A program made the translations under genes and the position numbers. The notes below the pieces were generated by a model. It was not told the DNA's origin. It ran no database searches and saw nothing but the letters and a program-made list of their open reading frames with translations. Positions 1-14,099 of a stretch of 64,000 bases of DNA are shown here, piece after piece (position 1 is the stretch's first letter; every line of letters begins with the position of its first letter). Source of the DNA: Chrysomallon squamiferum (taxonomy: Eukaryota; Animalia; Mollusca). Location: contig CM022674.1 of the NCBI GenBank assembly GCA_012295275.1, positions 15,810,001 to 15,874,000 on the forward strand, in the 5' to 3' direction.

Positions 1-872
1 ATACGGACAGCCAGATAGACAGACAGATCACTGGATGAAATGCTTGGCTGTTATTATTTTTATTAGTATTATTTTTATTAGTACTAGAGATAAACAAGTC
101 AATTAAATAATATTTTTTATGCATTCATATTAACATATTGTATTATCTTGATTACTCATAAACAATAAATAAAATTTACCGAATTGTTATATTCAAAAGT
201 TAATTACAGCACAATTTAACTATTTCATGAAGTTTAATGTTTAAGTCTTGTGTAATTTCCACACACAACAAATACTAACTGTAAAATATATAAATAGTTA
301 ACTACAAAATGCTTATTTCCCGTTCTAGATATATCATACGAAAATTGATTAATAAACACTTTTTCATCTCAGCAATTTATTTCTTTAAAAGAAGCATAAA
401 CAACCAGAAACAGTAACTTGAAAAGTGTAATGACCGAGTTCAAAGAAATTACATAAAGAGATTTTCAGAGAGAAAGAAATCAAAACTAAATCACACACAC
501 TTTACAGCCTTAGTTCAGTTATTTCAGAAATGCAAAATAACAAGGTTTGAAACTGTACACATTTCGTAGTTTAAATGTGATCTATGGCTACAGTATCATG
601 GACAGTTTCAAGTCACAGCATACATGTACAGGGGGAAAGACCGCTTTTGTGTGTGTGTGTGTGTTTGTGTCTGTTTCTAAGGTGAAGGCACACATTCGTA
701 TGATTCTTTCTCTTTCGTTTACAGATGCATTAATATTGTATGTAATTTACACTAGTACTGTTAATAATATGCATATTTTAAACGTTATTTACAAACAAAC
801 AAAAGCATAATAAAGTTTCAAAAAACAAAACCCTCAGTACCATTAAAGAGATTGTTTTTAACATTTGTTTAC

Positions 873-1043
873 CTCTGTTGCCCATTCTACAACGTGTCCC
901 CGTAGTGAGAACTTCTCGTCAATATCTAATTGTCTCATCTTGACAAAACCAATCATTCCTGCTTTCTCAACACACGAATGAGCCTGAAACGTGTCAAAGT
1001 AGATCTCGTAGTTTTCAGTACGAAACGTCTCAGTGAAAACAAA
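873..1043 (-). CDS. Isolated internal exon of an unidentified gene (57 codons, phase 0/0)
   Basis: Pyrimidine tract plus CAG acceptor and GTAAAC donor. Open frame FVFTETFRTENYEIYFDTFQAHSCVEKAGMIGFVKMRQLDIDEKFSLRGHVVEWATE, more GC-rich than the flanks. Family not recognised. Confidence 0.5.
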
Positions 1044-1299
1044 CTGGTAAGTAAAAGTGTGGAATCCAAGAAAACAGATATCAAGATGGATTGATGGACG
1101 GACGAACGAACAAAATAGTCTGACTGATTAGGAGGCTACAGATGGAGAGACTGACACTAATAAATAGATATACAGACAGAGAGATGGATGTACTGACAAC
1201 GATACATACGTGTATATAGTCAGAAATGGACGGACAGAGAGAGAAAGACAAAGGTACAGAAGAATAGTTTTGACAGACAGATAAACAGATGAGACAATA

Positions 1300-1482
1300 A
1301 GTAAATAAACTAAGAGATAATACAGTAACTAAACTAAGAGATAATACAGTAAATAAACTAAGATATAATACAGTAAGTAAACTAAGATATAATACAGTAA
1401 ATAAACTAAGAGATAATACAGTAAGTAAACTAAGAGATAATACAGTAAGTAAACTAAGATATAATACAGTAAATAAACTAAC
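1300..1482. repeat. 24-bp minisatellite (AAATAAACTAAGAGATAATACAGT), about 7-8 copies
   Basis: Visible directly; explains the 8-aa periodicity of ORF 1081..1494. Confidence 0.9.
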
Positions 1483-2228
1483 AAACTGAACCATAAAGGA
1501 GACATGCTGAAGGACAGATCACATAAAATTAATACTGACTAGTTTTGACGAATAAGCTACGAGTCTCGGTAACAACATTCCATCTTCGATGAAACATATC
1601 TTTATCCAGAACATAAATTAAAATAAAATAATTCAGCAACATTTGTTTATGTAAATTTACATGTAACAACTTTTCCCAAAGAAAACAAACATAAAATTAA
1701 ATTTCACAAGTGTTATAAATTTACATTTAGCAATTGTTTCAAAATTAGCAGTTTATGGATTTATATCAAATAAAAGCTAAAACACATTAACAATTCAAAC
1801 ATTTTCTTTCATATTGCTTTCTTGTTTTTTATTAATTTGGGAAACCGTCTTTCGGTTGTTGTTATGTTGTTGTTTTTTTGTTTTGTTTTTTGTTTTTGTT
1901 TTTATTTGAATGGCATTATTTACAATATTTTGGCAATAAAAAATTCCTGTCACTCGGAATTGTGTTTCATACATATTTGTTTATTACTCTAGCTAATTTT
2001 TTTTTTTTCATTAGGCTAGTACTATTGCTTCATTTGAACTAACAAAACACGCGTCTAGCTATCGTGGTAGCAGTACTGAGCTGTTGCTGTCTGATATAAA
2101 TAAAAATATTCACGTTTTAGAAAATGAGTGAAAACGAGCTTTTAAGACGTAAACAGTTAACAACCAGCAGAACATTTTAAAATTATTTTCAGATAAAATA
2201 TAATTCTTGTCTCTGCGAGTTTTTCAGT

Positions 2229-2265
<37 letters not shown>

Positions 2266-2559
2266 ATAGACGTGGGTGCCACATAATTAAGAACATAATT
2301 TAGATTCTTAATGACTGTGATTATCTACTATTATCTTTTATTATAATAATTATTATTATTATTTGACTTTCACGGTAAACAAAGGGAATCCTGAGAGCAA
2401 AGATTTGCTATTTAATTTTCTGAGATATTTTTCTGCCCCGTCTCTGTTTATGATTTAAATTTGCTTGGAATCTAATTCACAAAATGTGAATATAGAATGT
2501 ATTTCACTGGTTTGTCGATAAACGATGTTCGAACCTGCGTATTAATAACTGAAAAAGAG

Positions 2560-3433
2560 GAAGAAGAAGTAGAAGAAGAAGATAACATTCAACAATCTAA
2601 ATGCAGCAAATAATAAAATACATCTGTTTACTTTTTCTTTTCATATTTTATAATATATTATTGTTGTTTCTCTCGCTATTTTTGCTATTGAACATGTGTT
2701 ATTATATATCTTGAATGTCGATAAACGTAAATTACTTCATATTTTCCTATTTATTTCTACACTTACGCGCAGACACCGTATAAACAGTGAATTTTTCAAA
2801 TCGTCGTAAATAGCTCTCGGCTGTACCTCTGTGTATCTCGTGCAGCAGTGACAGACTATTGTTATCTGACGTACATAACAAACAAACACAAATTTGCTAT
2901 ACTGGGTATCCGAGTATCATTTGAGTACCATTATATGTACAGGAATATATTTGGAAAACGAAAACAGCTTTATAAAATTATCTTTACGTATGCTATAACG
3001 ATATATAACATAAAATAACAATTAGAAAACAAACAAACAAACACACGGAAACAACAACAACAAACAGGCAACAGCTGCACAATATTTAACATTAATCTAC
3101 AAAAGTCGTATGTATAGAATCATTCAAAACCGCAAAGTACGAAACGGACTAGTTTCCGCTCGAAATATCATAAAATATTTAAAGTTGTCGTCAGTCCGTG
3201 TTTAGCACTGAGAAACAGTCGTTATATTTTAACATATTTAACATCTAAGTGTCCTTTTGTTAAGTGTCAACAATCATATCTAAATAGTATCCTTTGTCTG
3301 CTCGTTTATGCATTGTGAAATAGTCGTATCAAGATATAATCCTGCAACGTGCACAGTTGGTTTAAGTTTGCTGTCCGGTTACAAAATACTTGTATTATTT
3401 GTTTAGTCTGAGATAAACAGTATACAAAAAAAT

Positions 3434-3476
<43 letters not shown>

Positions 3477-5640
3477 TTTTTTGTCTCTGTGTCTGTTTAT
3501 GAATTGTCAAAGAGTTACATTTACAATAATTCTACAGTGTATACATCTGGATTCAGTTACCTTTCCGATTATAAGATTAAGATTAGTCATTCAGAATGCT
3601 ATGTGTATAAAGACAGGAATCAGGATAAACATTGAGTTAATTGTGTCTGACAGAGGCAAAATTATTTGTTCAGATTTTTAATAAGTAATATGAATTTTTC
3701 CTTATTTTTAAATTGATGTACTTTTTATAACTACAGTTGTTTAATGTAGCTATAATGTTTATTACAATATAAATTGCATCACACATACTCGATTTGAGCA
3801 TTCAGCAAACAAAATTTGGCGACCTAATTACGTTCAAATCAAGCGATTAAATTTCTCAGGAACAGTACATGATACTGGGAATGCAGAATAAGGAGACTTG
3901 TGTTTAAATAAAGTGTGATCATCAATGAACGGAATTAATAACGTGAACTGAGAGAGAAAACATTACAAAAATTCACTTTATTGTAGACCAAAAAAAAAAA
4001 AAAAAGAAGATAATATTAAAAAATAAAATAATTTTAATAATGTGAAAGAATATATTAAAGAAAAAAGTGAAAGAAAAACTGTGTATGCTGACAGACATCA
4101 AATTCTATTGAAGATGAAGAAGAAGAATAAGATAACGTTTAACAATCTAAATGTACCAAATAATAAAATGCATCTGATTACCTTTATTATTATTATTATT
4201 TTTATACTATATTATTGTTCTTCTTCTTGTGTTTGTGTTTTTTTCGTTATTATTGTTATTGAACATGTGCTATTATTTATCTTGAATGTTGTTGCACGTA
4301 AATGTTTTCGTACTTTCCTATTTATTTCTACACTTACGCGCAGACCTCGTATAAACAGTGGATTTTTCAAATCGTCGTATATAACAATCGGCTGTACCTC
4401 TATGTATCTCGTGCAGCTCTGACACACTGATTGTATCTAACCTACATAACAAACAAACATACATTTGCTATACTGGGTATTCGAGTATGATTTGAGTACG
4501 ATTACATGTACAGGGATATATTTGGAAAACGAAAACAACCACAACAAACAAATAAACAATAACTGCACAATATTTAACATTAATCCACAAAAGTCGTATG
4601 TATAGAATCATCGAAACCGCAAAGTACGAAACCGACTATTTTCCCCCGTAAAATGTAATAAAATATTTAAGTTTCGCATCAATCCGTGTTTAACAAGTAT
4701 ACACCATTATTATTTGTTTAGCACGGACGAACAACACATACAGCTTGACGTATTTAATGTATGTCTATTTTCACTACTGTTAACTATTTTCCCCGCGAAA
4801 TATAATAAAATAGTTAAAGTTGTCGTCAGTCCGCGTTTAGCACTGAGAAACAGTCGTTATATTTTAACATATTTAACATCTAAGTGTCCTTTTGTTAAGT
4901 GTCAACAGTCATATCTAAATAGTATCCTTTGTCTGCTCGTTTATGCATTGTGAAATAGTCGTATCAAGATATACTCCTGCAACGTGCACAGTTGTTTTAA
5001 GTTTGCTCTCCGGTTACAAAATACTTGTATTATTTGTAATATTATATTTGTCTGTGTGCCTGTTTACGAATTGTCAAACATTTACATCTAGAATAATTAT
5101 ACAGTGTATAAATCTGGATTCAGTTAGGTTTCCGATTATAAGATTAAGCTTAGTCAGTCAGAATGTTATGTATACAAAAACAGGAATCAGGATAAACATT
5201 AAGTTAATTGTGTCTGACAGAGGCAGAATGATTTGTCCAGTTTTTAAATATGTAATATGAATGTTTCCTTATTTTTAAATTGATGAACTTTTTATAACTA
5301 CAGTGGTTTAATGTGTATAATGTTTTAGCATTCAATAAACAAAATTATGCTACCTAATTAGGTTCAAATCAAGAGATTAAATGTCTCAGGAAGAGTACAT
5401 GCTACTGGGAATGCATAATAAGGAGACTTGTGTTTAAATAATGTGTGATCATCACTGAAAGCAATTAATAGCGTGAATTGAGAGAGAAAACATTACAAAA
5501 ATTCACTTTATTGTAGAAAAATAAAAAGATAATATTATTATATTTAAATAATCTAAAAATAAAGAAAACAATATATTAAAGAAAAAAGTAAAAAAAAAAA
5601 AATGTTCTGGAGCAATCTATATGCGGATAGATATCAAATC
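2560..5640. repeat. Tandem duplication of a roughly 1.5-kb unit (about 2560-4110 and 4110-5640)
   Basis: Shared blocks such as CTACACTTACGCGCAGAC (2757, 4328), GCACTGAGAAACAGTCGTTATA (3205, 4840) and ACAGGAATCAGGATAAACATT. Further copies at 43393-44580 (inverted) and 50720-53160, and a diverged relative at about 13170-13970. Confidence 0.9.
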
Positions 5641-6027
5641 CTAATCGCAGAATGTCGACACAATTTTTATTTAAACTGAGTCAGTGACTGAGAGAAAATA
5701 CAAGTGAAACAAGATGATAATCATAACGAATGAACCCATAACGAGAATCAAGTGATAAGTTTAGATATATCAGATTATTGTAATTATTGATTGATGCATT
5801 TATTTAGTTATTGTAATGTATTCACTCAGTTAATTTAAGTCTGCGAGTTGTATGTATGCCAGAGCAGTTTTTATGTGAACGATCTTTAAAAATTGACGAA
5901 TTATGAAATCAAAATGTTTCAGTTTAAATAATATCATTAATTTCATTATTTAGATTTTTGCTTAAAAATCATGTTTTCAATTATTCTGTTACTGGTTGAT
6001 GACAACACTTCCCGGTTCACAAGTAAG

Positions 6028-6094
6028 ATCGATGTTCGGCTTAATGGACGATATTACGTGTTAATATTGTTCACCTCTTCCGTTCTGTGTATAG
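6028..6094 (+). pseudogene. Candidate decayed signal-peptide exon of the SRCR receptor (second copy at about 53564-53630)
   Basis: Reads (I)DVRLNGRYYVLILFTSSVLCI-G, with ATC where ATG would be expected and a phase-1 GCGAG donor. The phase matches the first SRCR exon. Confidence 0.35.
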
Positions 6095-9000
6095 GCGAGA
6101 AAACCAAATATTAAAATGACGCATTAGCTATATTTTATTATCATAAATTTAATAATTTAGTTTAATAATTACTATAATAATTCCTATAAACATTAGTCAC
6201 ATTCACATATAATTATTAATACGTGCATACATGCATATTTAAACGGATACATATATACATATGTACAAACATGTATACATACACACATACGCATAAGTAT
6301 CCAAATTTTGTTAAAAACAAATTGGTATAAATAATAATGATAGTAACAAAAAAAATAGCCTTATCACTACTTTCTATTCTGATTACTGATTGGCTAAAGT
6401 AAAATACTGAGAAAATGTCATGTTTTTGAAGCAGAGAACTTAGATGTAAATAGGTCTCCAGCTGTGCAAGAAATTAAATACATTTAACAAAATATTGAAA
6501 TCATAGCAGTGTTTATTAAAATTAAAATGAAATATCAGTGTGTGTAGGTAAGACAGTATTAAAGGTTACAAATTATTGTGCACTCATTTTATTTAATTTG
6601 ACATTGTTGTCTTGTTATGCAATATCACAACTTATCTAGAGATAATTATAATGCTTTTTTTTTTTTTTCCAAATATAATGATACACTGGTTTTAGTTTTG
6701 TGATTAAACTAGCATGACCAGTACATAAAACTAACACTGCTTGTTTGAAATGTAGGCCAGATAAATGAGTGTGTCATTGATGCACAAGATATACAAAGAT
6801 ATACTCGGTTAATATTTACAAGGATCAAATTTGTTACTGTGGCTAAGAGGACAACCGACAGTTCTATCTGACTCTGTGTGTGTGTGTGTCTGTGTATGTG
6901 TTTGTGTATATTTGTGTTGGTCTGTGTATGATATGTAAATCTCTGATTGTGTGTATGCATATCAAAATGTTTGACTGTACCTATGGAGAAAAAGATACAT
7001 ACTTTAAATATATTTTGACTACTACCGAACTTTTTTATTTCATTTTGTCTTATCCACTATAAGGACAATTCCACGGTATCAGAATTCAGAAGGTTTAATC
7101 TAAAAAAATACCACAGATATATGTGGCTTGATGTGTAACAGGAACTATCTGTATGTAACTCCAAACGGACGTGAGAAAAAAAAATAACCTTATTTCCAAA
7201 TTGTCTACAATTTTTGGGATGGTCAAATAAACATTTACCATTTGCTTAAAAAGGAAAGCATGAATTGTTTAATAGTTAATGTATGTTGACAACAGCTTCG
7301 GAATGTGACTGTGTTGATAAATCACCAATAACATGATTGTTCGATACTTACAAACTAATTATTTGTCTGTGTACAATATTCAAGACAATAAAGATGTTTA
7401 TTCGCTGAAGAATTTTTTAGAATTTATTACTGAACCAGTATAGAAATTCAGAACAGAATATCTGTAAAAAATATACGGACATACGAACCGTTGTTCACAG
7501 CATCAGACGCACACAAACAGAACCACACAAACACTATCGCGCCCATGCAATCACATTTAGACACATTCATGGAGGTATATACGTATCTCAAATATATATA
7601 ATTACAAACCATTTGGAATAAATAAATACAGATCGATAGATAAATCAAGATGAATAGAAAGACAGGTAGACAGACTATACAAATACAGGTTTTATTCACT
7701 GTTCTTGATAACAATACTGTTTTACCTCATCTGTCATACGTTCCATTCCAGCTACTAAGAACAAACATGCGTACGATTACAAAATAAACTTCGTCAGTCA
7801 ACTAGTCATGTATATAAGGCTAGGAACGAGGATCTGAATTAAAGTAGTTGTGTTTGTTGGAGACGGACTGATGTAGTCAGCTTTTATATTAAGAAATGTA
7901 TTTCTTACCATATGTATGGATTTATTACTAAATTAATTTCAGGTATGTCATATTATTTGTATGTATATAGTTATAAAGAAAGAAATAATCGATAGTTGTA
8001 ATAATAATTAAAATTGTGAATCAGTGAGGTATGGAATTATGAGGATCGTGAATTGAAAAATGGATAAGTCTGCATGGACAAAAGATTCACAATAGAACAT
8101 TTTCACCTTTTGCTCGACCTTGAAATTACTTTAATTGAAAATTAAAGTTCAAAGTATTATTTCAACCCAAGATGTAATATTTGGAGTTTAATAGTGATAT
8201 TCACTTAAAATGGACATGCTGACCACACAGTGTCCATTTTCACACCTTTAGAGATTAAATAATACAGAAATGCACTAGGCTGTAATACTTTTAAAAACTA
8301 AGATTATGAAATTACAGATTTTTATTATTTCTTTTTTTGTTGTTGTTGTATATATATTGTGTGTGCTGAATGTGTTGTTATTCTTATGTTGATAGGGTGT
8401 AATGTGCAGTTAATCTGTGTCAATAACGTTTATTACACCCACAATTTTAATGTTTTATTGTGTTCTCCGTGCAGATTCTTATTTTGTCTACAGACGTAGT
8501 AGATTCAAATTTGTTCACAACCACAACATAATTAATTGTTCTTCAAACACATTACACGCGGAATTCCTATCGATGAGATTTTTAAAATTTCAAATATTTT
8601 TGTTAGAAATAATGATAATTGTAGCAGTTGTAGTATTAGTATTATTAGTAGTAGTAGTATTAAATGTAAATAATTATGTTGATTATATTTACACTATATT
8701 AATGGTATTATTGTATCAAACATTGTCCATTAAAATTGTTTCGAAACAATTTAGAAAATAAGTATATTCTTCCGAAAACCTTAGAACTAAATGCCCGTCT
8801 GTTGAACACGTTTCCAAAGAATGTTCCATAATTGAAATAAAATTAATAAGTATTTTACAGATGTAGTAGATCCAAATTTACTCACAACCACAAGATAATT
8901 AAGTGTTGTTCAACTGCATTACATGCGAAATTCTTCTCTATGGTATTTTTAATATTTCAAATATGTTTGTAAGAAATAATGATAAATGTAGTAGCTGTGG

Positions 9001-9291
9001 TATTAGTATTAGTATTAGTAGTAGAAGTAGTAGTAGTAGTACTAGTATTAGTAGTAGTAATAGTAGTAGTAAATGTATATAATGCTGTTAATTATATTTA
9101 CATTATTTTAATGGTATTATTGTATCAAACATTGTCCATTAAAATTGTTTCGAAATAATTCAGAAAATAAGTATATTTTCCGAAAGCCTTAGAAATAAAC
9201 GCACGTCTGCTGAACACTTTTCCAAAGAATGTTTCATAATATTTATTTTATTCATTGTATTTACTCATTTTATAATAATAATAACAATAAT

Positions 9292-9351
<60 letters not shown>

Positions 9352-9612
9352 AAGAAGAAGAAGAAGAAGAAGAATAAAGATAAAACACAAAAAATAGAAG
9401 TAATGATGATGAAGAATCGTATTTCACTTAGGATATTTAAACTATGTTTTCATTATCAACGCATTCTTACATTAAACGTTGTTGGAATCACGTAGAAAGT
9501 AATAACTTACTTCTCAAAACTTTGAGACTAAAATGAGATCTGTTGAAGATGTTTAGGAAACCTTGTTGTATAACACTCATTTCACTATACATATTATTCA
9601 TTTGTTTTGCAG

Positions 9613-9771
9613 CTTTAATGCAACATCATATCAAAGTGCTCACTTTGGAGAGGGAACTGGACACATTTGGCTTGATGATCTGAGATGTGATGGAGATGAA
9701 GACAGTGTTGAAAATTGTTCATTTCATGGCTGGGGAAAACACAACTGTGGTCACAGAGGATGCTGGTCAAT
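9613..9771 (+). pseudogene. SRCR domain 1, second-half exon (frameshifted at its 3' end)
   Basis: [47 protein letters not shown] matches the SRCR FGxGxGxIWLD...C...C...WGxHNC signature. Confidence 0.92.
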
Positions 9772-10383
9772 GTCAGTTTACATTAGACTTTTTATTTCAT
9801 TGTGTATCAATAACACAATGTTTTAACTTGTTGGCATCAAAATTATAATTCGTGTGTTTAATGTTGTCGTACTGAAGTGTGTATCTATCATTATTTGCCT
9901 TTAATAATAATGAAACAATACAAAATAATATCAGGATTGAGTACGATATTCAACTAAAAAGCTAGGCTTAAAATAACCTGAATTCAAATGAGATATATTA
10001 ATGATGCAGTTATTCGTATTTATTAGTTACTTTACTTGCTTGTTTGTTTCCTTGATTGTTGTTTGTTTATTCCTTCCCTTATTTTACTCTTTGAGTATTT
10101 GTAATTTATGTACGACTTATAATAGGCATCAAAGCTAAACATATACCACTACGATAGTTACAACAGAGGAAACTCATTAGTGAAACTGTACAGATTATTC
10201 TTGTTGACTTGCATACAAATAGGAAAATAAAATCGGAGGGGAATGAAGCAGCTTGTACGAAGTTTTCAGAAGAAATATAGTTACAAGAGTATTAATCCAT
10301 CTTACTAAATCGATTTTCTCAAGTAGAAGTAAACATGGAGAGTTACTGAAAATATACATCAGAAAGATCAAAAATATAATAAA

Positions 10384-10485
<102 letters not shown>

Positions 10486-10724
10486 GTTGTTTAGTAATTT
10501 AAAATTATAATAAGAATCGTACTGTTTAATAATTTTAAACACCAGCCTTCCTTCAGAAGGTAATTTCAACCAACAGATGACCGCCCCTGCATGTTTGTCT
10601 GTAATGAAATTTGAAGACATCCAATATCTTTATGGTTCTCTAAATATAGCATATAGAAATTAGAATGAAATATCAAAATTATATAATAAATATATATATA
10701 TATATATGGGTTTTTTTTTTATAG

Positions 10725-11219
10725 GTTTTATCAGACTAGTCAATGGTGGAGGTATTTCAACACAGTGTCGAGTTGAGATCAAACTTAACGATACATGGGG
10801 AACTGTCTGTGGTGACAAATTTGACGACAAAGACGCAGGCTTTATCTGTACACGTTTAGGATTCAGTCAGTAAGAATGTTTTACTTTCAGTTAAACTGTT
10901 CAATTTATAAACAGTAGTAAAATATGAGTACGTTTCTATTTGCGCAATACAATATAAGACAAAAGGTGAATAATTGCATAGTACAGATTGGCCAATATTT
11001 CTAACGAAGATCAATGAAATCAGTTGTATTTTCTAAATCCTAGATTCAACGCAAAGACATATAAGAATGCTCACTTTGGAGAAGGAACGGGACCAGCGTG
11101 GGTTGATGATATTAACTGTGTTAAAGATGAAAATGGAGTGAATCACTGTTCTTTTTATGACTCGGGTAAAAATAACTATAGTCATAAACAGGATTTGGGA
11201 ATTAGCTGCTACCCTCAGA
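10725..11219 (+). CDS. SRCR domain 2, exons 10725-10869 and 11044-11219
   Basis: [47 protein letters not shown] / [37 protein letters not shown]...[13 protein letters not shown]. Canonical AG/GT boundaries. One conserved Cys is replaced by Tyr (NNYSH). Confidence 0.88.
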
Positions 11220-11336
11220 GTATGTTGTTTGTTTTGTTGTTGTTGTTTGTTTTTGTACCATTTTAAGAACAAAACATTTAGCGTTGAATGTGAAATGCAA
11301 GAACCACTTATTTATAAAACAACGCCACATGACATT

Positions 11337-11479
<143 letters not shown>

Positions 11480-11529
11480 TGAATTGTTATTTGTATTAAT
11501 ATTATTACTATTATTAGTAGTAGTAGTGG

Positions 11530-11575
<46 letters not shown>

Positions 11576-11837
11576 TGTAGTAGTATTTTTTTTCTTTTAT
11601 TTGTCTTTATTTTATTTTTTTCTAAGATAGTTACTGAAACAAATATTTGGCTTCTAGATTTTACAAGTAAAAGTTGACTGTAGAAATGTATTGCTAATAA
11701 TATAGCTCGATGTTGAAGTCATATCGCTCGGTAATATTATTTACGTATATCTATAAAGCGAAACTTAATCTGGAACCGGACAGTTAAAGAAAACAAATGA
11801 AATTTTGAAAATAGATGTGTTGTGATCGTGACTTCAG

Positions 11838-12486
11838 TTTCTATTCGATTGGCCAATGGCGGAGGAATTGCAACACGAGGCAGACTTGAAATAGAAAACA
11901 ACGGGACATGGGGAACTGTCTGTGCTAGAGAATTTGACGACAGAGTTGCTGCTGTTATCTGTTACATGCTGGGTTTTAGTAGGTAAATAAATATTTTCCT
12001 ATAATCTATTTATTTATATCTAGCAACGTTATACCTTAATTTTAATATACTTTTCTTTTTTAAGCATTTTCTTAACTAAAATGCTTATTATACGGTCACT
12101 AAAATTCGAATTATATGAGATAATATTATTGTGTTTTTTTGTCTTATTTTTTGTTCTGTTTTTACTGTTTTGACAGCATTAAATTATTATTGAGTATTAT
12201 ACAATAATACAAATAATAATTTAGGAAAATGTTTAACCCTAAAATTAGTGTACGCTGTATTAATAAATTAGTGATGAAAAAATACGGATTCAAGAAGAAT
12301 TGAATTGTGAAATATAAGTATTAATACATTATTTGTAAAACGTATAACCTAAAAGTTACAGAAAATGACCCGACTATAAATTATTACTTTCATTTCTTCG
12401 TCACATTCTTTTACATTTTTGTTTTACTTTTTACACGATAATCCATCAGCAACATGAGGAATGAATCTTATTATTCTATATATTAT

Positions 12487-12544
<58 letters not shown>

Positions 12545-12767
12545 GCTACTACTACTATTATTATTAGTCTTATTATTAAAATTATTTTCAGTTTCGAAGC
12601 AACATTATATCAAGCATCTGAGTTCGGACAAGGCAGTGGACCTATTTGGCTTGATGGACTTGACTGTAAGGGAGATGAAGAAAGTGTAGAGGATTGTTCC
12701 TACTCTACTTGGGGTGAAAACAACTGTAGTCATAAGCAAGACGTGGGAATCAGCTGTTTGAATCGCT
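11838..12767 (+). CDS. SRCR domain 3 (group A, 6 Cys), exons 11838-11982 and 12592-12767
   Basis: IRLANGGGIATRGRLEIENNGTWGTVCAREFDDRVAAVICYMLGFS / FEATLYQASEFGQGSGPIWLDGLDCKGDEESVEDCSYSTWGENNCSHKQDVGISC. Splice sites intact. Confidence 0.92.
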
Positions 12768-14040
12768 GTAAGTAGAGACATAAAAGTTAGTAAACTTAAT
12801 AATAACAAGACATTTAGTGAACAGACTAAGAGTGACCAATCTAGGAGATGTAAGAAAAAAATAATAAAATAAAAATGAAAATCTGAAGCTTTATGTTAAT
12901 CAGACTGTTGTGTCTGTTATTTTAATTGATGTGTTATCCGTGTGTGATGAGTTTCTTTTTCATATCAGAATAAGACAATATGAAGAGTTTGACTGTTTTA
13001 CTAATACATGTACATACAAAGGTAATAGTGCAGGTCCGATTTGAAAGTTTTCCTTATTGATTCTTAAAGCAGTGATAAACCATTTTATTATTATTATTAT
13101 TATGATTATTATTATTATTCATTTATTTATTTTTTTATTTATATTTTTATGTTTTATTAATTTTTGTTCTTCCCATACAACAGTGTTCTTTATTTAATAG
13201 TAACATTTGCTACCAAAAGATATCCGTTTACTATTTCTACGTGTCGATAATGTTTACTAGAGGATCAGTCTGTACCAGACGAAGTAGCCCGCTAAAAGTC
13301 GAATACCACCTACTTCATGATCTGGTAACAAACGTAAGTAAAACCCGGGTATACTTCAGTGTATCTTATTTAACAGTGAGAGAATAATTGTATCTGCCCA
13401 ACACAAAAAGCACACATTAACTTGCTATACAGGTAACGCCAGTATCGTTTCAGTACCATTACATGCTCATTGTTATAGATAGAAAACGAAAAAAGCTTTA
13501 TAAAGTTATAACATAAAATAAGAAAAAAAAGCTGCAACATAATTGACGTTAATCTACAATGGTTGTATATATTGAACCGCAAAGTGAGAAACACACTATT
13601 TTCACCTGCCAAGATGACAAAATATTTAAGGTTGGCATCAGTCCGTGTTTCACAAGTATAGCTATTATTATCTGTTTAGCACGGACGAACAGAACAAACA
13701 TCTTAACGTATTTAATATATGTGTGTCTTTACTTTTGTTAACTATTTTCGCGCGATATATAATAAAACATTTGTATTTGTCGTCAGTCCCTGTTTAGGAT
13801 ACACGAACAATCGCTATATTTTCAGTATGTTCGGTATCTGAGTGTGCATCCTTTTAACTGTGAAACTGTGATACCTGAAAATTATGATACAATTTGCACA
13901 GTTGGTTTTAGTTAGCCGACCGGTTACAAAATCCTTGTATTATCGTTTTTATGCGATAAACAAAGGATGTAACTAATTTTTTTTATTTATTTATTTATTT
14001 ATTTATTTTTCTGTTGATGTGTCTCAGTTTGAAGTTTTTT

Positions 14041-14088
<48 letters not shown>

Positions 14089-14099
14089 TATAATAATTT

